A stretch of DNA of 64,000 bases, taken from assembly GCA_965153455.1 (NCBI GenBank), contig OZ234493.1:23178213-23242212 (forward strand). The letters run 5' to 3'. A model generated the notes under the pieces. It ran no database searches, was not told the origin of the DNA, and was given only the letters and a program-made list of their open reading frames with translations. The translations under genes and the position numbers were made by a program. Source of the DNA: Sphagnum compactum. Its lineage: Eukaryota. Positions 49,170 through 63,232 of the stretch are shown piece by piece (positions within the stretch are counted from its first letter, which is position 1; each line of letters starts with the position of its first letter).

Positions 49170-50700
49170 TCTTGATTGTTGAAAAGTGACAACTAGATTT
49201 TGCTCACCATTTGAACGGTCAAGATTTCTAGTCTCAAATGATCCACACCCCAATCATAGTTCAACAACTTTAGTCCTAAGCGTAAAATAAATTGAAAAAA
49301 TTTTGATTGTTGAAAAATGTTAACTAAATTTTAATCACCATTTGAATTGCCAAGATTTTTGGTCACAATTGATCCATACACCGATTGTAATTGAATGCTT
49401 AAATTTAGTTCCAATTCGTTAAAGGGGAAAATTAGCCTTGCCCAACTTGCTTGTTTCGCTTAGTTGAAGGGGAAAATTAACCTAACTCGCTTGGCTTGTT
49501 TAACTAAAAGGAAAAATTAGTGGGACCTGTTTGGCTTACCTAGCGAAATGAGAAAATTAGCTTGACTTGCCTTGCCTAGGTGAAAAGGAAAATCAGCTTT
49601 AAATCTAATCCCAATTTGTAAAAGCGGTTTAAAATTATTTTTTGTAATACATAACTAAAAAAAAATTTGATCATCGAGAAGTGTTGACAAAATTTTGGTC
49701 ACCATATGAATAACCAAGATTTCAGTCATAACCAGACCACGAGTGTATGCACTCTAAGGTGGCTCCCTTTTTGAAAAAACAAAAGTCCACAAAAGTCCAC
49801 CATACAATTTTAAATTTTTGAATTTTTTTGGTACCATGGGTTCAATGGTAATAAAGTTCATGTATCAAAAGAAATAAAGTCCATAATAATAGGAGTCCAC
49901 CTATATATTCCAAATATATACACCTTCAGAAAAAAAAATTAATTTAAAAAAAAAACAACTATGTTAGGGATCTATAAAAATATGGTTCAATTTTAACCAT
50001 TCAAAAGTCCCTAATTAAACTTTGATTGTGATTTTTGAAGGAAAACTTTCACATAAAGGTTTATTATTTGATGTTACAACATATATTGAGTCCCTATAGA
50101 TAATTTGGAATGGAATTCAATATCAACTTTTTTAATTTTGTACCATTCCAATCTATTGACTAATCCATAGTTTTGTATTTCAAAAGTCCATTGTGAGAAG
50201 TTGGTGTGCTTTTATTGAAAAATAATTACGTAGGTATTTTTGTAATTAAGTAGTTAATCTATAATCAATTTCAGATTTTTTATTTGATAAGTTTTATTAT
50301 TTGTTATAGGTGTACAAAGAAAGGGCAATTTGCAAAAATGGTCATCATGATTCAAAAAGTGAGCCACCTTACTATGCATTCACCCCCACACCCTAATTGT
50401 AGTCTAGCAACCTAAGTCTAGTCTTGAAAGTGATAAATAAATAAACAAATAAATTGAAAAAGAAATTTGACCTTCGAAAAACATTGAATTGATTTCAGTT
50501 GTTATTTGAATGGCCAAAATTTTCAGTCAGGACCGGTCCACACCTTGGTCATTATCCAATGACTTAAATTCAATCTCAAAAAGTAAAAATAACATCTTGA
50601 CCATTGAAAAATGGCAATTAGATTCTAGTCATCTTCTAAACAATCAAAATTTTCAATCATTATAGGTTTACACTTTGATCATATTCTAGCAATCACATCC
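49170..50700. repeat. Degenerate ~130-bp repeats plus an embedded ~41-bp array
   Basis: TTGA..(G/A)TTGAAAA...TCACCATTTGAA...CAAGATTT units at ~49172, ~49303, ~49668, ~50468 and ~50597. GGAAAATTAG units recur about every 41 bp at 49425-49600. Confidence 0.55.
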
Positions 50701-51399
50701 AGTCATGAGATGATTTATTAATGATGAATTCTTATAATTAATTATGAATTTATTAATAATTAATAATTAAATTTTTACTATGGGAACGTTTCATCGACGT
50801 CATGTTTGACCTGACAAAGTTATGCATCACGATTGATGTCAATGTGACAACTGATTAAAAAAAGGCATGTCACATCATTTTTGACAACCTTGGATTGTTT
50901 AAAAACATTTAATGAAGTTTGATGTTAGAATTATTTATGAGTTAAAGGTTGGAGTTATTGAAATTATTTTTCAATTTTCATTCATTAGTTGTAATGGTTT
51001 TTTCTTTCAAATTTGTGATTTCAAACTTTTTCCAAATTAGTTTTTCTTTGAATTTGCATTATTTCCCAGTTTTCTCTATCCAACAAATATAAGAAGTAAC
51101 CTCCTTGAAGTCAAGAATCAATCTAGTCCAAAACCTTTTTTAATTAAAAATGTCATATTTTCATATGTTCAAGATAATCTCGGGATGTGTGAATTTGAAA
51201 AGATCAAATACTCATAAAGCACAAATGAAAGCTATACCAAAATACCTACAACCTAGGGAATTCTAAGTGGTTATAAAAGGTAAATTAGTTCATAAAATGT
51301 CGACAATTTGCTTTAAATTCAAATCTTAATTTAGATTATTCATGTATACATATGTTCCAAATTCAAATGTTAGTTTAAATTATTCGTGTATATAGTAGT

Positions 51400-53770
51400 G
51401 GTTGGGGTGAAAGAAAATATACCAATGTTCCAAGCATCATTAAAGCAATCTTTTCAACCACCGTATGGATATGGCTTCTCTTGTCTCATTGTTCAATAAT
51501 AGGCCTTCTTTTCAACCCATCATTGGATATCAATTTATTATGACACACCAATGGTAATGAATGCACATGGACTCATGATGTTATATGTCATGTCTTTGCA
51601 TCCATTGCAAAAGAAGCCAATTTTTGTGCATGGTTTGGGAGCAATTACATGTTCTTTCCCTTTCACGCTTCAAACATCCAAATGACACATTTACATTGTC
51701 CTTTCCAAGGATGGCATCTATATTTTCACAAACATAGCCATTGTTGACCCCTTTTGAGCAAATCTTTCGTCTCGCACAATTTCTACACATGGTTTTCCAA
51801 TTTAAAAGACAAACCAAACAAAATAAACAAAATAATAAATATCAAAACTAAGAGTGTTTATTTCCCTTAGTAATTAAAATCTTTACTTATTTACACATAC
51901 AAACTACCTAATCATTTCTTACATCTTTGTGCCACCAATGCATGGGATATGAAAGGTCCATCATTTTCATTCTTACTAATTTTATTCAAACAACAAGTTT
52001 CAGCAACTCTTCAAAAGATTCAAACCTTTACAATTTTAAGTTATGCAATAGTATTGGGGTTGGATATTTCTCAACTTCAAATGCTTGCTGAACTTTGAAC
52101 ATTTTATATGTGGTAAATTGCTAAAAAAATGTATTCTGGTTGATGTTTTGATGTTTAAATAATTTAAACATGTAAAAGTTAGTCATCCATTCAAGATCCT
52201 TTCCTTTTTCTTCACTATTTTTGTTTTTTTTTAATTTTATTTCTCTCACTTTTAATTTTTATTTGGGGAATAAAGTCTTGCATGTTTACGTTATCCTTTC
52301 ATGACATCATTGATCCCCAAACATCACACAATGTCCCAAATTGGGAAGGAAAACTTTGATATAAAGTGTTTTAGATTTCAACCAATCTTGCAACTTTCAT
52401 TAATAGTGTTTCATGTATGAAGGGCTTGCTATGAACGTATTATGCCCTAGGAATGAAGGTCCAAGCTTAGGGCCAAAGGCATTCAAGGTGTAATGCATTG
52501 ATAATAGCACAACCTTCCCTTCCTTCACAAACAAGGAGTTCCATTAGTTTTACATTTAAGATAAACCTATGTTACAAGTCATTATTCCTTGCTAGCAAAA
52601 CATCCCCACCACAAGGAAACTATGTGAAACTTCTTCACACCAACTTGGAGCAAGAAATTACATTTAGGGAGGTCTCCCCACAAACAAAGGAATTTTTGGC
52701 TCGGAGTTGACAAATAGGATATGTTCAACTCTTTCTTCAACCTCTTTTCAAGCTATCTATTGACATATTGACATAAAAAAGCTAAATACTTGGTCCTTGT
52801 TGCCTTGCATTTTGAAGGGCAATTTTATCTTTTATAATTGCCTTTTGTGTCAAGTCTCTTATAAGGGGTTAAAAAAAGGTTGTTGTCATGATGTCAAATG
52901 CATTGTTGAACACAACAAATACTTACACCTGAATGATTTTTTTGAAGCAAACACCTATAAAAACTCATTAAACTTGTAAGTGAATTGATTCATGAAAAAT
53001 CATGTATCCAAAGTTGAACATGGTTCCAAATTAAAATGGCTTGTTGGAAGAAATGTGTCAAAAGTTGAAATTTTTTTGTTGATGCAACAACATTTGATCT
53101 AGATAAAAAGTGTTCAAATAAGGTTATTGATGATGGTGTTTTTTTACCCACGAAATCTTACAAAAATGTAAGATTCACATTGTTAATTCAAATGTTTGAT
53201 TTTTGAAAGGTGATATTACTAAGATAATGATGTGATTGTTTCATCACAATTTCTGTCATGAAGATTTCCATAGTTGGAACAAGCAATTCAACACATAATG
53301 TTTGCACTAAAAGATGCCAATTATTTTGTCATATGTTTTTGTTACGGTGTATTTTTTACAATTTAAACCCCTTGACAACATGCAAGTGATATTAAACATG
53401 CCATACCTATTTAATTTCATTTGAAATAGATAAATTATTTGAAAGTATAACCACTTCTTACATTTCAAATATACAAAGGTTGTGGTTGTGTGCATTCAAA
53501 AGTAATGAGGAAAGCCATAAGGTGGGTGAGCTTGAATATTTGTGCAACGCAACGACCTGCTTTGTAATTTTGATATTTTAAATTAATTGATGGACATAAC
53601 CAACATTATGTTTATGAAACAAAATGTTTGCAATATTTAAACCCAAGTATATGGCATAGACCAACAACACAACTTTCATACCATACTTGACACACAAGGA
53701 CAATAATGATTGAAATTTTTGTTTTACACAATTATGTAGAAGTTTAATTATGTATGGAAACATTTAACTT
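51400..53770 (-). mobile_element. Possible decayed transposon coding relic(s)
   Basis: Broken coding-like minus-strand fragments (VHVHSLPLVCHNKLISNDGLKRRPII; AYLKCKKWLYF-like) within AT-rich DNA. The family could not be identified. Confidence 0.3.
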
Positions 53771-54397
53771 GTCAACTAAACATGATTAACTAGCTTTTCA
53801 TTTTAACTAAGGTTATTACCTCCCTTTGAGGAGATTGCAAATTTTTTATTCCCATAAGTGGGGCAATATGTTTGTCTAACCTTCATCAAGGGTTCAATGA
53901 CTCATTACTAAAATTGTGTCTTATTTTTTATTTTTTATCATTGAATTTTAATCGAAATAAACCCTTAGATAAGGTGACACTATTGTCAATATGAACCAAT
54001 CATTTACAAAAAACATAAAATAGCACTTTAATCATATCATATACTATAGAGTAATTAGTTGTGTCCATGTCATGTCTATTTTGACTAAAACTTGACATAA
54101 TGCTAGCTAATGTGGACTAACAAATTATTTTGTTTGTTTTGACTAAAAGTTGACATAGGTGCTAGATGATGTAGACTAATAGGTGGGATTTCATGACTAG
54201 AAATTAAAATTTGTTTATTAAAAGATTACAATTATCCAATGAGGCTAGTTGAGGATGCAAAATGTAAGATGTAGGTTTTTAGGCATCTAATTTTGTAGCC
54301 CCCTTAAACATGTAGGTGTGGGTGTCCCCTAGGCATGTAACTGTATAAGCCATTTAGGCATGGGGGATACATGTAAGCATGAAGGCATGAATAAGGT

Positions 54398-54472
54398 ATC
54401 ACAAAAGAGAATTGAACCCCTCACACTTCCATGGCCACAAGACCAATACTCTTTATCCAACTTAATTACTAG
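54398..54472 (-). pseudogene. Degenerate tRNA-like sequence (His-GTG-like pseudogene or SINE head)
   Basis: The minus strand has an A-box-like TAAGTTGGATAAAG, a TTGTGGCC anticodon-like loop and a B-box-like GGTTCAATTC. Stems are poorly paired. Confidence 0.3.
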
Positions 54473-55969
54473 AATTTCAAATCATCACAAATTGTGTAAG
54501 CACAAAAGTATAAACATGAGTCCATTTCAAGTCTTCTTACATATATCCAAACTTTGAAATGAACTTTTGTTTTCATAACTTGTTCAAATAAAACAAATGT
54601 GCACTTATTTTGGAAAAGCTTTCAAAAAAAATCTATGCATTGAGTTATACAAAATGGGTATTGAAAGAAGAAAAGACCCGTGCATAAGGGGGTGGGGGAG
54701 ATGAAATCATTGCTTCTTCTGAGCTTGGCTTTATCAAGTTCTCTCCCAAAGACTTGCAGCAGTAATTGTACTGGTTCAGTTCAGTGAGGCTTGTGAGCAA
54801 CACCACTGAACATCCTACTTCAAAAAATCTCAAAGTGTGAGGGCTGTAGGCTCTTCCTACTGCTTGCTTCTAGGTGATGTAGAAAGTCAGCTGTCTAATG
54901 TCTTCTCCATCATCAACAAATGGTTGTTACATGTACCTTGTACTATGAGAGAACCTCTTGCAGAATATAGAAAAAGAAATAGGCATCAATGACCTTTCAT
55001 CAAAGAAGCATGGACAAAACCTCGTGCAGAATCTCCATTACCTCCAGCCATATACTGTACTGTCGAGCCTCGTGTTTGACATGGAATCCACTGTCATCTC
55101 CAATTCCAAATTGACTTCAGATGAATGAGATGGAGTGCCTCAAAGTGGATTCCAGATTGTCATAGTGACAAAGGCTTTAGCATCATAGGCACAATACAGT
55201 GGCTTGTGTCACAGCTTCTGATACTGGAGTTTCTATCAGACTGTACAGATTACCATAGCAAGAATTGACACCATACAAAGCTTGACTTTGATCACTATTG
55301 AGTCTTGCAGGTATGCCATATTCTTCAATGGGAATCTTAAGAGCCATGCTAGGTACAAATCCACATCCACTGTTGTACTCATATTTCTTCTTCCGCTTGA
55401 ATCTATTTGTATTTTCTGCTCTGATGATTTGATAAAAGCATCCAAGCTCAAGAACGTTCCCAAGGCATGTGCTGCCATTCTAACTTGTCTTTCCCACTCA
55501 AAACAGTTGTGGATGTTGGCTGAGTTATGTTACCTGTTGGCATTGAGAGCAAGTAGAGACATTCTTCCATTTGCCATAAACCAACAGAATTCTATTGCAA
55601 ATCAAAGACATACTATTAACAAGTTGTTTTCCATGGTCATATTTGAACTAACAGATTTCCCAGAATTCCACTAATAAGATAGAGTATTGAACCTCCATCC
55701 ATAGTGTGATGAAAATGGAAGTGAAGCTCTGACACAAACAATATGAATCAATGACAATTCTTCTCATCGACTTCCCAAACATTCTCATGTCTTCAAATCT
55801 TCTTCTAGTTCTAGACTATTGAAGTTCCTCTACTTACCACAAGTGTGCACTACTTTACCAAAGGGTCTCCGTCATGGACACCATAAATCTTGAAATATCC
55901 GCACAAATACAACTCTGCATGCTCAAGCGAAGGAATGTGACCAAGCAATTGAAGAAAAGATTGCTGACA

Positions 55970-58900
55970 TCACCAATAATCCCTGCAAGAACAAACACCG
56001 CACTCAAAGTGATGGAAGCGATTGGCATCCCTGACAATGATTGCTCTCCCAACTAGTTTTGCAATGAACTTGGTGGAAGTGTGGCAGTCCCCACATACTC
56101 GGAGATTCTTGAAAATCCGGAGTGTAGTACCAGGAGGTGTGCTGATGAGCCCAAATGCAATAGCCAGTTTCTCACTATGGTGACACAAATGATACACCTT
56201 TTCTTCTTCCTCCACATCATGTAGCACAAATTTTGTATCTGGCACATACCCAGCCTCTTGCATCTGCCCGTACAATCGCTTCAGTTCTGCACGGATTTCT
56301 ATAATTTGGGGATGATCTTGATCATCTACTACAAATGTATGCACCTCATTATTAACTTCAATCCAGGTAGGACCAGGCTGTTTCTTCACACCCCTTTCCT
56401 TTCTCTGTGATTGAACTTTCTCACTCAGATCCGACTTGCCAGCAGCAGCATAGATGTTTGATAGCAGCACATACCCTGCAGCATTTCCAGGGTCCACTTC
56501 CAGAATGTGCTTTGCAATGCGTTCTCCCATTTCCACATTACCATGAATTCTGCAAGCACCAAGCAAGGCCATCCACACAGCCACATCTGGTTTACAGGGC
56601 ATCATCTTGATCATATCCTCTGCCTCATGCAGATGGCCGGCACGCCCAAGAAGGTCAACCATGCAGGTGTAGTGTTCCAATTTTGCAGAAATCTTGTGAA
56701 CTGTGCTCATGGAACCAAAAGAGCGCAGGCCTTCACACAACAGGCCTGCATGACTACAAGCGGACAGAAGACAAACAAAAGTGACATCATCTACCTCTAT
56801 ACCTTCTTCACACATTCTTTCAAAATGTGCCAGAGCTTCCTCACCATGCCCATGCAATGCAAATCCTCCAAGCATAGCATTCCAAGAGACCACATCTCGT
56901 GACGGCATTGTGTTAAACACTCTCCAGGCATCCTCCATGCTCCCACATTTGGCATACATGTCAATTAGACTATTACCCACAAAGACATCGGACTCACAGC
57001 TACTTTGAATGATTTGTTCATGAACACGCCTTCCCTCTTCAAGTGCCACTACACTGGCACATGCATTTAAGACCACCATGAAAGTCACAGCATTTGGTAG
57101 CACACCTTCCTGTTGCATTTGCCGAAATAGTCCCAATGCCTTCTGTCCTTGTCCACATTTCACATGCCCCAACATCATGACATTCCAAGAGACTAGATCA
57201 CGGGACACCATCTTGTCAAACACTCTGCAAGCATCATCCATGCTCCCACATTTGGCATACATGTCAATGAGGCTACTCCCTACAGATACATCTGACTCAC
57301 AGCCACTTTGAATGATCTGCTCATGAGCACATCTTCCCTCTTCAAGTGCCACTAGACTAGCACATGCATTTAGGACCCCCATGAAAGTCACAGTGTTTGG
57401 CTGCACACCCTCCTGTTGCATCTGTCGAAATAATTCCAATGCCTTAAGTCCTTGCCCATATTTCACATGTCCAAATATCATAGCAGTCCAAGAGACTACA
57501 TCCCGTGATGGCATCTTGTTGAATACTCCCCAAGCATCCTCCATGCTCCCACATTTGGTGTACATGTCAACAAGGCTACTTCCTATAGAAATATCTGATT
57601 CCCAACCATTTTGAATGATCTGTTCATGAGCACGTCTGCCCTCTTCAAGTGCCAGTACACTCGCACAGGCATTCAGGACCCCCACAAAAGTGACCAGATT
57701 TGGTTTCACACCTTCCTGTTGCATTTGTTGAAATAATTCCAATGCCTTTTGCCCCTGTCCAGATTTCACGTATCCAAATATTATGGTAGTCCAAGAGACC
57801 ACATTGCGTGAGGGCATCTCATTGAACACTCTTCGTGCATCCTCCATGCTCCCACATTTCCCATACATGTCAATAAGGCTATTCCCTACAGAGACATCAG
57901 ACTCGCAACCACTTTGAATGATCTGCTCATGAGCACACCTGCCTTCTTCAAGTGCCACCAAACTTGCACATGCATTCAGGACCCCCACAAAAGTCACAGG
58001 GTTTGGTTGCACACCTTCCTGTTGCATTTGTCGAAACAGCTCCAAGGCCTTCTGCCCTTGCCCACATCTTATATGTCCAAATATCATGACAGTCCATGAT
58101 ACCACATCACGTGAGGGCATCTGGCTGAATACTCTCATAGCATCCTCCATGCACCCACATTTGACATACATGTGAACTAGGCTACTGCCCACAAAGATAT
58201 CAGACACGCATCCACTTTGAATGGTCTGTTCATGAGCATTCCTCCCATCTTCAAGTGCTCGTAAGTTAGCACATGCATTAAGTACTTGAACAAAAGTGAA
58301 TTTGTCAGGACAAGTACCTTCTTGTTGCATCTGTTGGAAAAGCTTGATTGTGTTTTCATATTGACCAGCCTTGACAGATCTTGCAAGCCTTTTATTCCAT
58401 GAAAAACTGTCCAATTGTAAAGTCCCTGGTGCTATTGCCACCATCTCTGTTGCTACCCATGGAGGATTTTGTCGGTCCTGAAGCCAGAGTGCCTCTTGTG
58501 TCTTTTTATGCTTGAAGTCAGGGTATCTTGCATTCACCTATTACCAAAAATCCCAAAAATCCAAATCAAGCTAATCAGCCATGGCTACCTCACAGCTCAG
58601 GCAGACCATGCTGTAAGGACTGAGGAAACCATATTGACATCCTCCATCAGGAAATTGGGACAAAAATTATTCACCTTCTCTGGTCTGTTATCCCACCACT
58701 GTGAAGGATCTGAAAAGAATTTCCGCCAAAGTTTTTCTCTCTGGCCTGCATAGACTGCAGTAACCAATCAAATGCATGCAACCTCACATGGACTTTCATC
58801 ATTGCATGGCATCTACTACATTCATCTATGAGCCACAATGCTGGAGATTGCACTTCCATCAGTTGTCACATACACTATCAGTATACAATTCAATCCAGCG

Positions 58901-59676
58901 TTTAATTTCGAAAAGTTTCAGCAAGTGCAGTTGTTATGGCCTCCTCCAATTTGCACAATCCCATGGATATTTTTTAGTGAAGATCTGTGCGATATTTGTA
59001 TGTTCAGAATTGGAGACAAAAAATTACTTCAAAATTTCAGTTCAGTTTGATGTCACCCCATGCATGCAGGCCATGCTTTTTCCATCTCTGACAGATCTTG
59101 CATGGATTGTATCAGATCTTGTAGATTCAGATAAACATAGATTGTGCCAGAGAGGGTTCAAGTAAGACATTGCATAACTAGATTACTCGGCATTTATTAA
59201 CAGCGACATTCATTCAAAAACCCAAGCCTGAGAACTGACCTGCTGCAGTTGTTCCAACATCTCCACCACAAGAGGCAAGGGCCCTGTGGCCAGAACCTGT
59301 CACGTGCGATTCATATTGTCCAATGCTTCAGAGAAATCGCTCAATCCTGACTCTTTACCGAGCTATAGATTAATACGTACGCATGATGAAAGAGAAGAAT
59401 GACGCGAAGCTTGCCGAACCAAGCAGGACTCTGAGTGTCGCACTAAATCCTTAGGGCTACATGCTGCTTCAGGAGTCGGAAAACTCGCATAATGAAAAAC
59501 GACTGAACAACTCAAGACCTTGCTCAAATGTGAACTAATCGACATCACATACGGCACATCGGGACAAACAAAATTGCTGAGAATAGAACCAGAAGTAGAG
59601 GGAAAGTCTGTCACTCACGCAAGATAAGACCAAAGCGGCGGCGCGAGCCAAGGGTTATTTGTCGGCGCACTGCCAT
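55970..59676 (-). CDS. PLS-class PPR protein with E1/E2/DYW deaminase domain (C-to-U RNA editing factor), N-terminal presequence and OSB-type PDF motif, about 917 aa
   Basis: Exons on the minus strand: 59619-59676, 59240-59296, 58675-58745 and 55970-58537, all GT-AG and in frame (2754 nt). Five P-L-S triplets plus P2-L2-S2, E1, E2 and a PG box (QPGPTWIEV). HSEKLA and CGDCH are intact and the protein ends DYW. Confidence 0.93.
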
Positions 59677-61170
59677 GACATGTCACGAAGAAGAAGCCGA
59701 TACAAACCAAGCGAGAAAAAACAACCAACCTCTCCAACAGTTTTGGAATTCGCAATAACAAAGTCACCAGTGAGCAGAGCGTATCGGAAACCAAAACAGC
59801 TTCTTCAGCAGACTCTCTCAACTCACTGCTCGCTGCACAACTCCCGAGCAGATGAAATGAGTTGAGAATGTCCCTACACGACATGTTCCGTTTGAGTCTC
59901 CTCGCAGCTCTGCTCAAATCAGTGCCAGATGATTGCGCACAGGCGAGAAGCTACACCGCTACCGATCGACTTCTTGCGTGACGATAGTGTGAAGTCATGT
60001 AAGTTTTAGGGCTTGGGCCTTGAAGGATGATCCACTTCGGTTTCACTATGCTAACCACCATGTGTTTCCAATTTAGTGTGTTGAATATTTATCATCCAAA
60101 TGGATGTCATTCTCATAGGTCTTTTTTACACTGGCTAATGCTTCTCTCTCACACCTACATGTAAAGCACCCGGGAAAAATTTGTAGTGTATGTGGAGGGC
60201 ACCTTATATCCATTTATTTCCCTCTTACAAATTGGGAGGGATATTAGGCTTTACCTCTCAAGGATGGGAGGGAAATTATGCCTACTTGTAGGTGTAAGAA
60301 CCCTCCCACTATTTAGGAGTAGGCATAAGAACCCTCTCACTCATAGGCTTTGTGATCTACATAGGTTTGGTTCATGACAAATTTTGCCTTGTGCTTTGCG
60401 ATAAGTAAGCCCATGGGAGAGGAACATTCTTAAAATGTGGGGCTAGACTTTGTTTATCGTCTCATCCTAGGCTCTTTATTTTGAAAATGCCCTCTCCATA
60501 AGGTTTTACCTTTCACATAATGCACTGTAGAATTTTCACCTTTGTTATCTAACTTACCTCTAACCCATGATGGGCAATGTGGCAACTCTTGTGATTCCTT
60601 CGATTTACAAATGGCCCTTTGGGCAATTGTTCATGTCGCTTCGATTTCGATCTGCATGTCTTTTCAATTTTTTAAATGTGCATTATGTTGGTGAAGGCTT
60701 CCTCCTTCAATTCTCTCTATGTTCTTAAGCTTAAGCACACATGTGAACACCCTCATTCATTTCTACCAAGTTGTGAGGTGTTTTCAAGAGACATGCTCTA
60801 TTGACATTCTTGGTTATTAAAAAGCGTCAAACTAGTGTAGGTAGCTTGAGTGCATTAGGGTAGAACAGCCTATGAACGATCATTTAAGCATTCAGGGTAG
60901 TAGACTGGATCCAAGGAGAGGCTTCCATTGTTTCTAGTGTCCAAAAAAAATTTAACCCCTCCTATTGACGCATCTAGCACATTAAAAATCATCAAACATT
61001 ACAAAGCCAATTCCTAATTACCCAAGAAATTTCTTATATGTTGCTCTATTGCTATTAGAGTTGAAAAATGATTTGTAGAATTGAAGGTGGCACTCTTATA
61101 GCATTTTAATTTGTTTAAAATGAACAAGAAATGACAAAGTGAGAAGCTTTGAAAGGGGTCCAAAAAAAAA

Positions 61171-61190
61171 GGGGGGGGGGGGGGGGGGGG
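61171..61190 (+). repeat. Poly-G run (20 nt)
   Basis: G20 preceded by A8. Confidence 0.9.
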
Positions 61191-63232
61191 AAACACGTTG
61201 TGTGAGTTGGAAAGCTTATTTTTGTTTTTGTTTTTTTTATTACTCCTTTTCATTTGCACTTCAAAAATCATTTCTAGAGCTTGAGGTAGCTCTCCCATAA
61301 CATTTTAAATCACTCAAAATAAGACATAAATGATAAAGATGTAAAGAAATTATCGGTGATAGGGTAGTGATTGGTGATGGGCAGTTCTACCCTATTAGTA
61401 CTTAAAAAATAAGTTAGAGACATGTGTACTTATATTTTTATTAATGTTATTTTCATTATAACACAAGTTGAAGACATGTCTACTTGTATTTTTACTAATG
61501 TTATTTTCAATATAGATAGATAAATTTTTTTGGAAACCTTTTTAGAACATGATGTAAATACCAACCTGAGTGAATCAACATGGTTCTAGCCAAAATGCTT
61601 AACGAATTACCTAGAATCTACCCTCAAACTAATGAAAGCAATGGGAACAAGCCTTGTCCTATTCACTATGTTCTCCAATTGAATAACACAAGTTAATGCT
61701 TTCATTCATCCACCTTCAAACATAGTCAAGGCATCCCAAAGAAGCTTTGTCGCTTTCATTATGTTCTCCAACCGAAAAATTAAGGTTAATGCTTTCATTG
61801 ATCTACCTTCAAACATAATGAGGGCCTTAGGAAAAAACTCTCCCTTCACATCAAGGTCTAGGGTGGCATATTATGTCATTTTTTTGACCAATTTATGCAA
61901 CATAATCTTCCAAATAATCATACATTCATAATAGTGACCAAAATTTTTATTGAACATGAATTCTAAAAAGAATTGGTGAATTTGTCACCCTAAACTTTAA
62001 TGTCATGGAATGGTCTCACAATTGCCCATCATGTTCAATTTGTCACCAAACTTGCACCAATCAATTTGCTTGGCCCCTTACCCAACATAATGGGCAAGGG
62101 CTTGATTATTTTAATGTGTAGTATTTTAAATGGAAGGAGATCTAGGGTTTGCTCCTAGTCATGGTTGTTGTTTCATTTTATTTTAACTATGTGGAAATTG
62201 GAAAAAAAAACTGAAAAATTTGGAAAAAAATTGTAAAAAAAAAACTTGATCTTTGTGATGTGTAACACCCTTAAACTAGGGCATTCTATAAAATAAAGCC
62301 TTTTAATCATGCACCTTGAGAGGGCCCTTATTTTGCAATCATCTTGGTCTTCAAGTGTCACCTTACAAAAAAAATTAGACAATCTAAATTTTCACTAGCA
62401 AATCATTTTGCCAAATGGACATTATGTAGAAGTTAAAATAAATGTTGGCAAGTTTTCCAATTTGGAGTGTTAGACCAAAGGGTTTAGGTTCAAGTTCCTT
62501 TGACTTAGACCTAAACCAACCTCCTTTTAATGAAACCACCACAAGAAGAACCAAATTATGGAACTAGTCTTTTGCCAATACCATAATCAAAACTTTGAAA
62601 AAACAATTTCAAAATAGGTTTGTGTTCTTTAAGTAAGTGTTAGGCAAACTTTTTTCAAAAGTTTGCAACTAGGCTAAACGTTATAAATAATTGATCAATT
62701 TTAATTAATTCTAAACTCCATATCTATATAATCCTTGTTTTTAATTTGTTGTAAAATTATACTCATACACTATTCAATTTATGATTGTGTAACATGGTAT
62801 TAAGCCTAATTTTTGAACCATGCTCAAAAGTTTGTAAACATGAAAAAATGAACCAAAATCAAAATTGGATAAGGTTTAGAAATGTAAAAAACTAGGCTCA
62901 AACTTGCGCTCAAAGAACCTAACCAACAAACATTCAACATCAAAACCAAATTGAAAGTTTTTTTAAAAATGAAAAACTTACCAACATTGGTTAAAACATC
63001 AAAACCTCATTCACCCATGGTAGCCTAAAGTGAGAATTTCCACATGGAAAGGTTGTATATCCGCAATCCTAACAATCTCAAGTGAACAAGTAGGGTTGTT
63101 GAATATGAAAGCATACAAAACATAAAAAAAGACGCCTATTGTCTAGTCCACTACCATCAAATAAAACTACCATCTAGAAAATAAAGCCAACAATATGAAA
63201 CAAAGTAGAAAAGAACCAAAAAATGGTCATTG

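Noticed and set aside
56407-58099. Several plus-strand ORFs with repeated sequence
   Set aside because: They are antisense shadows of the PPR repeats.
58589-58609. Alternative start micro-exon ATGGTCTGCCTGAGCTGTGAG, in frame with the PPR exon
   Set aside because: It needs a 51-nt intron, gives no targeting peptide and truncates the PDF motif. The 4-exon model explains the sequence better.
59615-59917. 100-aa minus-strand ORF
   Set aside because: Non-ATG start and out of frame with the real first exon of the PPR gene; it is mostly 5' leader.
61171-61190. G20 run as a functional G-quadruplex
   Set aside because: Homopolymer length is assembly-sensitive and there is no supporting context.
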